Below are positions 40,274-52,030 of a stretch of 64,000 nucleotides of DNA, one piece after another (position 1 is the first letter of the stretch; each line of letters opens with the position of its first letter). Position numbers and translations under genes: made by a program. The stretch is from Paraspadella gotoi (Eukaryota > Animalia > Chaetognatha): positions 2,207,601-2,271,600 of the forward strand of contig CM119269.1 of NCBI GenBank assembly GCA_051294375.1, in the 5' to 3' direction. The notes under the pieces were generated by a model. It had not been told where the DNA came from. It made no database searches and saw only the letters and a program-made list of their open reading frames with translations.

Positions 40274-40928
40274 TCATAATCTCTCCGACGGATTGAATTT
40301 TATTTCTGCCAATCCGCATTCGACGTTAATCGAAGACAAAGACGTAAAGGAGGCTGCGGACGTCAGCGCCACGGGTCGCACTGTCCCCGCCGCCTCCGAC
40401 CGTCTCTTGCTGCTCCCCGTCAACTGCGGCTGCGGTCGCTGGTTCGCGCAGGGACTGAGCCCTCGATCGGGACCGCGTTTCATGTGCGCGCGAAACGTGG
40501 TAAGCATCTTGTCTCGAACGGTTGCTCGCAACGAGAGTCGGCGATTCTCCAAGCCTTTTTGGATGCGGAGCCCGTCCTCGTCGAGGCGCTTGAGGAAAGG
40601 CAAGGAGGCCCAGAGAAACTCGAAGCCCTGGGCGAAGTAGGCCCGCCGATCATCGGGGTGCGTGTTGTTCTGGCGACGGAAAACCACAATCTTAATTTTT
40701 TTTTTTTTTTGCAAGACAAGCAACGAGAAAAGAAGCGAGAAAGATAAGGACAAGAAAAATACGTGCCTTGACGCATCCCTTGATCAACGCCTTGCCACAG
40801 TCGGTGATAAACGAGGACAGCAGCTTGCTCGCGTAAGTCGTTTTATCGCCGAGAGTCTCGTGCGTGCAGATTGCCTCCAACGTCACCAGCTTCGGGCCGC
40901 GGAACAAATCTTCCGGGTCAAAGTCCGT
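40274..40928 (-). CDS. Alternative terminal exon B (with an internal ~100-bp intron)
   Basis: tag| in phase 0, TDFDPEDLFRGPKLVTLEAI...SKLLSSFITDCGKAL..|NNTHPDDRRAYFAQGFEFLWASLPFLKRLDEDG...LRATVRDKMLTTFR...*. The second part starts at 40669. Confidence 0.75.
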
Positions 40929-41133
40929 CTACGAAAGAGAAGTGCAGAAAAGAAGGGGGAGTATATAAAGGCGTTTCAAGGATCGGAACGATTGGCAAAG
41001 ATCGAAAAATGAGAAGAAACGCTAGGAAAGGCAAGTGGGACGTGGCGCGGAGCAAGATACACAACGGTAAGGGCAACGAGAGATCTACTTCTGCTATCAT
41101 TCGTTTTCCATCCTCTCGGTGCTCCCGATTTCT

Positions 41134-41511
41134 CTATCGTCGCGCGGCTGATTTCCCCTGATTTTGTGTAAAGGTACAAAAAACCATTTGGACTTTATCC
41201 CTAACGAAGGCCTTGATCGATTGATTGCGCGACTTGCCCCTCGACATTCGTATGTTCATCGACTCCAACCGACGGATGCACGGCATAAACTCCCAGAGGC
41301 GCTCAAAGTTGGCGCGAAAAAACAGGCGCTTCTCGGCCGAACGGCCCTCGGCTAGCCAGCGAACGCCAAACTCCTTGCCAACATCGTAGCATATCGAGTT
41401 CAAGAGCTTCTGCGAAGGGGAATCGGACAGGCCGAGGGTCTCGGGGTCAACGAACGACTCGAACGCTTGAAGCTTTGGATTGTGGAGCAGCTTCTCTTCC
41501 AGCCATGACGT
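41134..41511 (-). CDS. Alternative terminal exon A of the novel gene
   Basis: Long pyrimidine tract...tag| in phase 0, TSWLEEKLLHNPKLQAFES...SQKLLNSICYDVGKEF...FFRANFERLWEFMPCIRRLESMN...IKAFVRDKVQMVFCT...* (378 nt). Confidence 0.8.
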   Translation of the reverse strand, partial: TSWLEEKLLHNPKLQAFESFVDPETLGLSDSPSQKLLNSICYDVGKEFGVRWLAEGRSAEKRLFFRANFERLWEFMPCIRRLESMNIRMSRGKSRNQSIKAFVRDKVQMVFCTFTQNQGKSAARR

Positions 41512-41795
41512 CTAAAAGAAAAGAAGGGAAAGGGGGAAAAGAGAAGAAAAATGGGGCATAAAAAGCGAGAAGCAGGGATTCGCTAAGACGAGGAGAGAGA
41601 TGTGGTAAGTGGGAATAAAACTTACAAAAATAATTTGTAATTATAATTACAATAATTTTTGTGACTAGAAGAGAGGCTGCAGCCACCGAAGATAACTGAG
41701 AGACAAAAATAGCAGGAGTCCAACGCCAGGCTCACCAACGGACAGCCCAATTTTAAAAAAATAACCAAACCACACCTTACTTAACCCCGGCTTAC

Positions 41796-43734
41796 CGAGA
41801 AATCGTATCCTTCAGAGTAGTGTCCGGATCCTGAAAGAGAAACAATTCCAAAATTACAATCTGTACGTAATTCTCTTTATTTGTATCAATAAAAATTACC
41901 GGGAAACCTTACCTAACGGCAATACTCCCATGGAATCTGAATTTTTGTGTCGATGAGAGGAAGACTTGGAGGCAGTCAAATCGTTGAAGCCGACGGCCTC
42001 GTCTCCGTTGCCGGGCCCGACGCCTTTGGGGGTGAAGCCGTCGAACGCTTCAATTACATCGTCCTCGACGACATCATGGACCACGTCGTTGTCGTCGAGA
42101 AAGATCTCCCGCTCCTCCTTCACGACTGTCACGTCTGTGATTAAACGGTCAAAAATGAATAAATATGTAACATTAACAATTGTAACTTTAAATTCAACAT
42201 AAATCAACGGTCGGGCCGCAGGAACGATGCAACGTCAATATCATCACTACTGACCTTCTCCGTGACCAGCCGTGGATCCGCCGAGTTTGGATTGCTTTCT
42301 TGGCGAAGGATGACTCGACATTCCTGTAGAAATGAAGACACGATTGAGAAGGGGAGTAAAATAAAGTAAGAGAAAACTAGTACCTGATCCTAGATGAGAT
42401 CTCTTTCGGATAAACTGAGTGTTGGGGAAGAGGTCGGCGGGGGCGAACGGGGGCAACGAACCATTCTATGAAAAGATAAAACGTTTAACTTCTTAAAATA
42501 TTCAATAAAAAGCTTCCATGGAAAAGCCTCCAGTGTCTTTACCGTTGGGTCGAAGCGAGAAGGAACATGTTGGGTCGGTTGATATTGGCAAGGAATGCGA
42601 GATTCCGACATTCGCTGACGGAGACCTCTCACGGAAGGATCGACTTCTAACTCAACGTCATTTCCAAGTGGACATAGCGCTCCGCCGAGGTACGAATCGC
42701 ACAAATGTCTTTTTCCTAATTTCAAATCGAATTTGTAATGTTTGTGTGGGCGTGTTCCGACTTTGCTTTTCTGGGGCCGTTCGATTAAGAGCCGCCACAC
42801 CAATGGCTGAGCAGTAAGGTGTAGTGAAAGTTACATACAAAAATTCTAAAAGTTAATTATGAACAACATACCATCATCAGTGAACATTAATTTGTAAAAA
42901 AAATTAATTTTGTTTTTTTAATTTTCGCAGGAGGCTATATTCCTTATAAAATTGAAAAATTTTAAAACAGGTTTTTTTAAATTTTGATTGCAGATTTGAA
43001 TTCCTCGTCAAAAGTTGATAAAAGAAAATATAACTCATTTTTAAAAATTCTTTCATTAAGTGGGTTAAAAATTTAAAGAACTATATTTAATATATAAAAA
43101 ATTAATTTCCAGCTTAAAATATAGCTTTTTCTAATTTTTGACCCACTTAATGGAGGAATTTTTAAAAAAGAGTTATATTTCTTTTCATCAACTTTTTATG
43201 ACGAATCCAAATCTTCAAAAAAATCTTAGAAAAAACTGTTTTGAAATTTTAACATTTATTGGTTTAATACTAGTATAAATATGGCCTACTGCGTAAATTA
43301 TAAAATCTATTATAAATTTTTTAATTACATAAATGTTTATTAGTATAATGTTGTTCGTTTCTCACTTTTAGAATTTTATTTAAAGTTAAATTTAGGAATT
43401 TTACTACGCCTTACTGAGCAGTAAGGGGAATTTTAATATTCAACCTTATAATTTTTTTTTTCCTAATTTAAAAACTGAGTTTAATAAAGGCAAAAAAGTT
43501 AGATTCAGATTAAATTATATTTAACTTTCGAAAAACACTCATTAATGGTTTAAAAATTAAAAAACCTTACTAACCAGCAAACCGACGTCCCTCTGCTGTC
43601 TCCACCAAGACAAATACGTTTGCGTCCGTTAGAGAAGCGAGCTTGAGGGCTGCCTCCATTAAAACGTCACAAAAAGAAGCCTCCATGGTTTGAAGTTGAT
43701 TGACGAGGCCGAGCAAGCTCGTGGCTGAAGCCAT
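41796..43734 (-). CDS. Constant region (6 exons) of a novel gene: degenerate MADS-like dimerisation segment plus acidic linker
   Basis: Exons 43734-43575, 42716-42543, ~42465-42384, ~42323-42255, ~42134-41913 and 41830-41796 join in frame through GT-AG introns: MASATSLLGLVNQLQTMEASFCDVLMEAALKLASLTDANVFVLVETAEGRRFAGKRHLCDSY...VVKEERE...GSGHYSEGYDFS|gtaag (phase 0, no stop). Confidence 0.8.
42808..43427. mobile_element. ~620-bp foldback element in intron 1 of the novel MADS-like gene
   Basis: Termini cagtaaggtgtagtgaaa / ttttactacgccttactg. The interior is also palindromic (aaaagttgataaaagaaaatataactc...cattaagtggg vs cccacttaatg...gagttatatttcttttcatcaactttt). Confidence 0.75.
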
Positions 43735-44089
43735 AATGTTTCTAGAGTTCGAGCGCAGTTGGACCTCTTAAGAAAATGTAACTCTCGAACTAAAATCTAA
43801 AATAATTTTTTTCAATGGAACATTTTAGTTTAGGAAAAAAAAAATTTTTTTAAGTATTTGTTCAAAAGTTTTATACAAGCGTATCCAATTATTCTGTACA
43901 ATTTAAGTATTGTATTTCAAGTACTCTTTCCAGTTTATCTTTCGAGGTCCCCAGTATTACTTTCTATATATCCCGGATGTCATTAGAATCGCATCTATAG
44001 TCTAGAAGTTTAACCAACCGCGAAGCGACGATGGATTCCATTTATACAGAGTTCAGGTGCAGCACCTCGAATAACGGCGCAACAGCTGA

Positions 44090-45380
44090 TTTTTTTTTAA
44101 ACCTAAAATCTTTAAAAGAACAACATTCAATTCTCTTAAAATGACATTCTTCTTTTCCCCCAAAAAATGCATTGGAAAACGAACTGGCATTACTAAAGAG
44201 GATTGATTGAATTACAACAGATGTTCCCTCTATGCTCTTAATCATGAAGTTTTAATGTTACACAAAAAAACCAATGAGGGGTCAGAAATAAATCTGATGA
44301 AACAGAGATAGATAATTAAAGTTAATAAATAAGTTAAATACTTGAAATACTTTATGCCAAATTATTAGAATAATTGATTTAAATACCGTTTTTTTTAGTG
44401 GAAATCGTTCTATATCACGTATTAGCCGATTTGTAAAGACAACACTTTTACATACGTAGATATACCAAAAACAATAAGCCATAAAAGGGCTATATCGTCA
44501 ATAAGTGATTCATTAAACTAAATTGATATCAGTAATTTCAAATATTTCAAAATTAAAAACTTTGAAAGAGTCGCATATAATTCTCTTAAAATGAGATTTA
44601 ACGCCTCACCAAAAATGCATTTGAAAACAAAGTGATATAACTGAAAATAGTGATTGGTTTACAACAGAATTTACAGGGAGGTTCAGCTCTTTTGGAACTA
44701 ACTTTAAAAAAATAATTTGAATGAGTAAATAAAAAAATAATCAAATTAAAAAAAATAGTATTTGTAATTATAAAAATAGTAATGACAATATCTTAATTAA
44801 AAAGATTGACCTTCAGCAAGTGTGAGAGAAGCACGGCTAAAAGTTAGAAGTCACCATCCTTTATCCTCATTTTTGCCAACATTTTTTTAAATTTTATAAA
44901 GAAGCGGTAGAAGGATTTTAACATATTATGCAAAAAGCTTTAATCACAGTAGATACTGTTGAATTTTTCATACATTTTTGATATCAATTAAAAAAAATTT
45001 AATATAATTTACAAATATAGTACATTTTTTCTTGCATCAAAAAACGTTTTTTTGCTGTAAGCACTTGAAGTTAGTCCCATTAGAGCTGGATCTCCCTGTA
45101 TTTCCAAAATCTTAATCATAAAGACATTTAATCGCTAAAAGAGATACTATGAGATGAGAGTAAGAAAAAAAATGTAATTGAATCAGATAGATAAATGTCG
45201 GTAAAAAAATAAGTTAAATACATTAAAAACTTTTTTGTCAAATTATTAGAATAATTGATTTCATTACTTTGTTAAATGGAGTGGAAACCGTTCAATACAC
45301 GTATTAGCCGATTTGTAAAGAAAAGACAACCTTCATATACATATTACCAAACCCAATTTGCCATAAAAAGGGCTATATCG
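44090..45380. repeat. Diverged ~400-bp tandem duplication; second copy interrupted by a MITE
   Basis: Shared blocks attctcttaaaatga, caaaaatgcatt.gaaaac, aaattattagaataattgattt, cgtattagccgatttgtaaaga and gccataaaa.gggctatatcg. Confidence 0.75.
44674..45098. mobile_element. Tc1/mariner-type MITE
   Basis: ta|cagggaggttcagctc...gagctggatctccctg|ta. It interrupts one copy of a local tandem duplication. Confidence 0.8.
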
Positions 45381-45883
45381 CGACATATTAAATAATAAAT
45401 AGTTAAGTTTAATAGATATTAATCGCAATGATGCGTTATTATAGCCGAAAGCTCCATGTTTGAAAATTATTAAATTTCATTAACGAAAACATGGAAACAA
45501 TAAGTAAAAATAATGCATAACAAATTACAGAAACGAATGTCAACTCTAATCTAACCCACTTTTGAAATGAGAAGAAACGATAACAAATATTTGTTTTAAA
45601 CGAAAAAAAACATTTTTCGCTTCATTCGTTGTTAATGCGAAAATTTATTACAGTGCATAAATCTAATAGTAAAAATGGCAGTTTTTAAATTACCATCATG
45701 GGTAAAGCCTTACATAAGTTTATTGGATGAAGAGCAGAGTAAAATAAGACATTTGAATGTAAATAAAAATAAATAAAGGGAGATAATAAAAAAACCCCCG
45801 CAAGAAAATAATTGGCGATAAAAATGTTGAAAATTTATCGAGGTAATAAAGACGAGAATGCAAGGACGAGCCCCTGAGCCAAA

Positions 45884-45939
45884 TTACTTCTTATTGGACA
45901 ACGCGGCTCGCATCTTGCCCGCGCTCGGCCGCAAAGGCT

Positions 45940-45981
<42 letters not shown>

Positions 45982-48165
45982 AATTTATACGCGTAACGGA
46001 AAATAGATAACTTCACCCAAACCCAACCTTTAAGTGTTTAACAGTTCTATTAGGAGAAACTTTGTTAACGACCGAAGTGTTTTTAGGACAATAAGATTGG
46101 TGTTGCGCATGATCGCCCGTAGCCCGCAAATGGGACACTTGAATTTACGCAGCTGCGGGCAGAGAACGACCTGCGTGTCCGAATCTCGGAGGGCGTGACT
46201 TGAAGGGGGGGAGGGGGGGGGGGGGAGGGAGGGGGGGGAGAGACAGGGAATGCAGATTTGTGAGAAGTCAATGTCTAAAAATTAGAGTCTCAGTGCTATA
46301 CCTCAAGTATACGGTCTCCCTTTCCCCATTGCTTTTGCAAAAGGCACAACGATCTTTTTTTGAAACGTCGGCGGACGATTGAGAAGACGTCGCCGATTGT
46401 ACCGTTTGATTGGCTCCGAGAGAATCCTCTCCTACGGTAATTCATTTATTTAGAGCCGCGTCTTGAGAAACAAGACCACCTTCAATCCCCCCTAATATGA
46501 TAATCTTACCATAGGAAGGCATCATAAAAATGTTTTGTGGCTGCGGTTGCTGATTATATTGGTGATGAATGACCGGCGGCGGCGGAGTCGACGTCAGCGA
46601 AAAGGGAATGAGCGGAGGAGCGAGAGGAGGAGCGAACAATGAATGCAGCGGGTGCGGAGGAGGCTGATGCTGCGGCGGCGGAGGGGGAGGTTGCAGCATC
46701 AAAGCGGGATGAGGGATGTTGGGATCCAAGTGGTAATGATGAAATATCGTGTGCTGTCGCAGCGGAAAAATCGGTCGGCCGAAGTAATTAGTGGCGAAGG
46801 CGTGGGGATTCCCAGGCGGCGCATTCGTCTGTAGGCGAATGGCGTGGGTGGGGGCATTCGCATGCGACGAGTGCGTGGCCTCTAGGTTGGTTCGATCCTT
46901 GAGAGGAGTTGAAAAGCCCACCAGCGGCGATGCCCGCACCTTTTCTATTTTGAAAAAAGGGTCGACGGGAACGGTTACAGCGACGGCCGAGTCTTTGGAC
47001 GACTCCAAATTGAAAGGAATCAAGTCGCGAGAATCTCGCCACTTCCGGTCGCGCTGCCGATTGCAGTAACGAGCGCGCGATCGCGGGGCCGGAGGCGACG
47101 TTCCTTCGGAGGAGGCGCTCAGAGAGACGTCGCGAGAAGGCAGAGACGGTGAAGACTGAAGATTCTGCAAGTGTAGCTTGAATGGTACAAATCGAGCAAA
47201 ATAAAGTCAATATATAATTGGCTGTTGAAGGTTTGGTAAACAAAGATTGTTTTCCTACAATCCTATAATACTACGAGGATAAATGTTAGTATAAATTTTT
47301 ATCACCTGCGTCGCAAGTTCGTTTTCGGGACTCGACGGTTCCGAAGCGAGCGAGTCCGCAGGGGGCGACGAAGTCGCGTAGGCAGAGTCGCCCGAAATGC
47401 GCGACGTCAAACTTGTGACACTAGCGGCGCTCTCAAGATCCGGCGCTGGGTCCGGGGCGGCAGGGACGCCGATCACTGGATCGTCTCCCGAGTCAGCGGA
47501 ATCGCAGGCAGTGACCAGCGATAGCGGTGGTGACTCTGTATATTCCATCGTACCGCCCACGGACATGGGCGAAGAGGTCTCCTCACGCGGAGGGGGAAGC
47601 CGAAAGTCGGGCCACGCGGGTGTAGATTCGTTGGATAGCCAGCGTTGCGCCGTGACGGGGACGTTTTCGCGTGAGCCATTCATCCCGCGGTCTTTGACGC
47701 TGGCTTGATGAGAGCAAACGTGCCGAAGGTCAACAGGAACTGAAGCGTCAGCAAACTTTGCAAAAGAGAAAAAAATAAGATTTAAAATTCGACCTGATCT
47801 TCTCGACGCAACTGATACTTACATTTTCCTCGGTCAATCGACGGAGTGAGGCGTATTTTCCTTTCGGGTGAAAACCGCCCGCGAAGCAGCAGCAGCAGCG
47901 TGGGTGCTTGAGAGCAAAGTTCTCCTTGACCGGATCTGGCTCCAGTACTCCGGCTTCCTCGCCCAAGTGCCCTTCGGGAACGAAGCGCGAATCAAGACGA
48001 AGTTCGATTCGCAGCTGTTCCATGTGCTGCCTGGAGAGTAAAACGTTTAAATAAAAGTTGAAGATAATTACAACCACGAAAGCGTCCAAAAACTGACCTC
48101 AAAACAGCCATTTCGGCACGATCCTCATCATTAAGTTCTGGATCGAACTTGCCTCTAGCAAGCAT
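45884..48165 (-). CDS. nanos: nanos-like CCHC zinc-finger protein, ~7 exons, apparent 1-nt frameshift in the second finger
   Basis: Long S/P/Q-rich region, then CAFCKSNGERETVYLS|HALRDSDTQVVLCPQLRKFKCPICG and, in the shifted frame, ATGDHAQHQSYCP. This matches the Nanos CxxC..H..C / CxxCGATGD.AH...YCP signature. Confidence 0.85.
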
Positions 48166-48687
48166 TTTCAATCCTGTGCCTCGGAAATTAAACAATGTAA
48201 AACGATATAAAAACAAGAAAAAACAGGTACAGGTAATATACAGTGATTTCTGTTTATTACTCAAACAATCTTATTTATTTGAGAAAGTTTCTGGTGGTGA
48301 ATTATTTTTAAGTTACAGTCGACAATAAAATATGTCAATTATCGTGGAAATAGAAAATGGAATGAAGATTTAATAAAGCGAAAACTCGAAATAGAAAAAT
48401 GTTTACGCTATAAATAACACACATCCATGTAAAACTTTAGAAGGCCTCAATAATAAAAAAAAGTCAATACATATTCAGTAACAATGTCTTTAAACTATTA
48501 TAACATAAAAAAGATGAATTAAAACAAAATAGGTATGCAAGTTGCCAATAACTAAGCTACTGATTCGTATTTTCCCTTTCTAAGCCAGAGTATATGAACA
48601 TTTCCGGGAAAGTAAACGTGTTTTGATACATTACTACCCATTCTAGTTTTCATCCAATCTCGCTCGTGACATTGGCATGTGCATCGA

Positions 48688-49359
48688 TCAATAGGCGTCA
48701 CCCGTCATGATGGAAATGAACTCCTCGGCGCTGATTTCTCCGTCGCCGTCGACATCAAATTCGTCGATCATCGCCCGCAGTTCGTCGTCGGGGACGGTCT
48801 CACCCAATTCCCGCGCGACTCGGCGGAGATTCCGAAGCGAAATCTTTCCGGAGTCGTCGTCATCGAACAGTTTAAACGCCTAAAATGGAAAAATTAACCT
48901 TTTAATTTGTTGACCCTTCCTCATAACACACCGAATGCTGACAAACCTTTAACAATTCTTGCATAGGGTCTCGATCCATTATCATGTCGGTGGCGACTTC
49001 ACTAAAGTCATCATAGGTGATCTTTCCCGTCTGCTGGCGGTCGTAGTCTCGGAGGATTTTCAATACGTCGGCCTTATTTACCTCGAATCCCAAAGCTCGG
49101 AGGGATACCTTCAGCTCGTGATAATCGATCGCTCCGTCTAAGAGAGGAGAGAGAGGGGAGTGGAGAGAGAGAGAGATTAAATGGGGAGTCAAATTTCATT
49201 ATGTACAAGCAATATTTGGTCTTTGCCTTTGTCCGAGTCGAACAAGTCAAAGGCTTCCCGAATTTCGTTTTTCTGATCCTCCGTCAATTCTCTTCGCCGC
49301 CTTCGCTCCCGCTTGGATTTATCAAGGTTCTTTAGGTCAGTCCGCAAAGACAGCGCCAT
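48688..49359 (-). CDS. CETN3: Centrin-3
   Basis: MALSLRTDL...[44 protein letters not shown]...[26 protein letters not shown]...[13 protein letters not shown]. Intron 1 is GC-AG. Confidence 0.93.
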
Positions 49360-49567
49360 CGCCGTCTAACTTTAGTCCCCACTTTTTTCCCCCCGTTTCT
49401 AATCAAGGACTTGGTTCAGGAAAAGTTTGTTCTTTCGAAGGGAAAAACAAAGGCTCTTTTATTAAAGCAAAAGGTAGCTAGATAAAAGATCATGAAAGCA
49501 TGTACGTAATCATTTCGTTGTAAAATACAATGTAATGGCGGATAATGAATCAAGACTAATCCTCTTC

Positions 49568-52030
49568 TCAGAACATCATTCCGTCCCCGAAAATGAGGTC
49601 AAGAGCGGCGCGAAGATCGCCGCCCGAAGCCTCCAAAGCCCGACGCGCCACTTCCTCGTCAGTGATTCCCATTTGTCTAAGTTGGTCGACCGCCGCTTCG
49701 CTGACTCTTCCGGCGCCGCCACTCCCACCATTCGCAGCCAACAACGCTCCTGAGAAATAAGAGATCGTTTTACTCCGTTTCCTTTTCGGGTTTTAGTGAA
49801 TTTCGTTAAGCCGAACCGAAAACGGGATAAAAGAATGTTAATTTAATGTTGCATAGCCTCATGGGTTCACATCACAGCAAAAAAAATATACTTAAGGAAT
49901 CGCCCTAATCATTTAGTTTTAAGTTTGTTTTTACCAAAGACAGCGTCCTCCTCATCGAAAATTTCCTCTGAAAATATGGAATAGTTGAAAAGTCTTAACA
50001 TTACATTTCCAGCGCTCCAAATAATAAGACCTACCGGTACCGCTTTGCGAGGACGAATCCGCAGAGTCGGCTGACCCTAGAGCGGCCTGCATTGCTTGTT
50101 GGAAGAAACTGGGACTGATGAGGCGAGATTGTTGCTGATTCCAAGAGGCCTGAGAGAAGAGGCCAGTAGTAAAGGGAAGACCAGGCGGATGACCACGGGA
50201 TGCGGAGGTCGTTTCAGTCGGTGCCGTCGAGGGCGAAGAAGCCGAAGTTCCCGCGGTCACGGGGACGGTAGAGGGGGAAGAGGAGACAGCGACATTGGTG
50301 GCCATCGCTAAAGCCGTCGCCAGCTGATCTGCGGTGATAGGTCGATTTTGGTGGACCGATCCCCAACTTGGTCCTAAAAAAGGTGCAGTTAACGATACGA
50401 CAATAATCAAAATTACCTAATTTACATAATTTGTTTGACCTACCCGCCAATTGGCCATCATCATCCTCCTCCGAAAGGGAATCGATCGAATACGAAGACA
50501 CAATCCCATTGTTGCCAATAGTTTCTTCGCCACTGTTTGAGCCGCTTGATCCTAAGGATTAAAAAAAAAATAGGGAAGTGTCTCGATACTGAATACTGAA
50601 TTCAGTGAATAGTTTAGTACCAAGGATATACGAAAACGACCTCACACATTTAAACTTTATTACGCATCAAGGTAATTAAAGTTCACGTTCCAACTTCAAA
50701 TCACCCGTGACTTTTTTAGATTTGGAGACTTCCTCGTTGATAACTGCCACGATGTGCTGTACCGCCATTCCTAGCGATGGATGTTCTCTCAGCAATGTTG
50801 TCATGGTTCCATCGTCCTTCGCAGCCTCGAAGAAAAGTAGGCTACTCAATTTTCAATTTTCGGTTCTATCAAGGCCGAGGGTGGGACAGGGGGTTGGTCG
50901 TCTGACTATGGGTCGAAAAAATCTAAATTTATTAGACCCATGTGGACCACTCGAGCAGTTTTGTATAAAAGAACGGAAAATATTCTTTTAACAGCCTACA
51001 TTGAGTCAAAAAACCCAAACTTACCTGCTGCAAAAGGACGTGATCTCTGAGCAAAGCAACGGCGACATGATCAGAGGCTAAGCCGGGAGTAGCTTCGATG
51101 ATATTATCTATGACTTCTGAATTGCATAAAACCTTTAAAATACATTGTTCGCTCATAAACCAACATATACGTATTCAGATAACAATTTCTTAGTCTTACT
51201 TTTTCTATTGATTGCCTGTATTTTCCACTGATTTCCGCTAGCTTTCGTATGGTATTTACTTGATTAACTCCTGTTGGATGAATAATAAGAAAAATTAAGT
51301 CAGAATAAAAATTTGAATAGACCCTTATTTTTAATGCAATTCATGAAGGTCAAGGAGCTTTTGTAATTTCAATACTTAGGAGCCTGATATTAATACACAG
51401 ATTTTACTTCATATCATTTTACTTAATTTTACTTAATATACATATTTTACTTTCACAATGTTCTCATCACATACTATTATTATTTTATTACCTTCAGGAA
51501 AGTCGCTCGTCGGGGCGGTATAGGCTTCTTCGTACTTTTTAAACAGAACATGAATAGTACAACCGGGTTTCAATCCATAATGTTCTATCTTTTGGTCATC
51601 TTTCAATGCACGGCCCGAATAAATTAGTTCTATTTCCAAAGGATTTAACTTAACTTGTGTGGAGACGCTTTTCCTTAAGTCCGATACGGGCTAAATATGT
51701 AAATTAAATCACAATTACTTTTTTAAAGAATGTTTAACAAGGCAGATATTAAATGGAGCCAATAAATTTAAAAATCAAGATGATACATATCTTACTCTAC
51801 CTGTGAAAGACTTTCTATGTCCAAAACGAATCGAGATGGTTTCTGTTTATGAGAAATTAAAAAAAAAAACAAGAATGATTGCACATTTCTAATTGTTCCT
51901 CCCTTTCGTTTTAAGTAATATATTTATTATTTAAAAATACACAATGCAACATTTCGAATTTACATTAATCGCATATTAATTACATAATACATACCTTTCC
52001 TGTTTTTGACAGACATCTTAAAGTCACCAT
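49568..52030 (-). CDS. UBL7: Ubiquitin-like protein 7 (UBL plus UBA)
   Basis: ELIYSGRALKDDQKIEHYGLKPGCTIHVL, IIEATPGLASDHVAVALLRD, RPITADQLATALAMA and the C-terminal UBA QLRQMGITDEEVARRALEASGGDLRAALDLIF. Confidence 0.88.

Noticed and set aside
38954-41511. Reading the four paralogous segments as one multi-domain protein or four stand-alone genes
   Set aside because: Each segment ends in its own stop, and three lack an ATG before the conserved core, while all share phase 0 with the single upstream donor.
47748-48165. ORFs initially read as a separate small gene
   Set aside because: They splice in frame (EEN|FADASV...GMNG) into the nanos-like gene.
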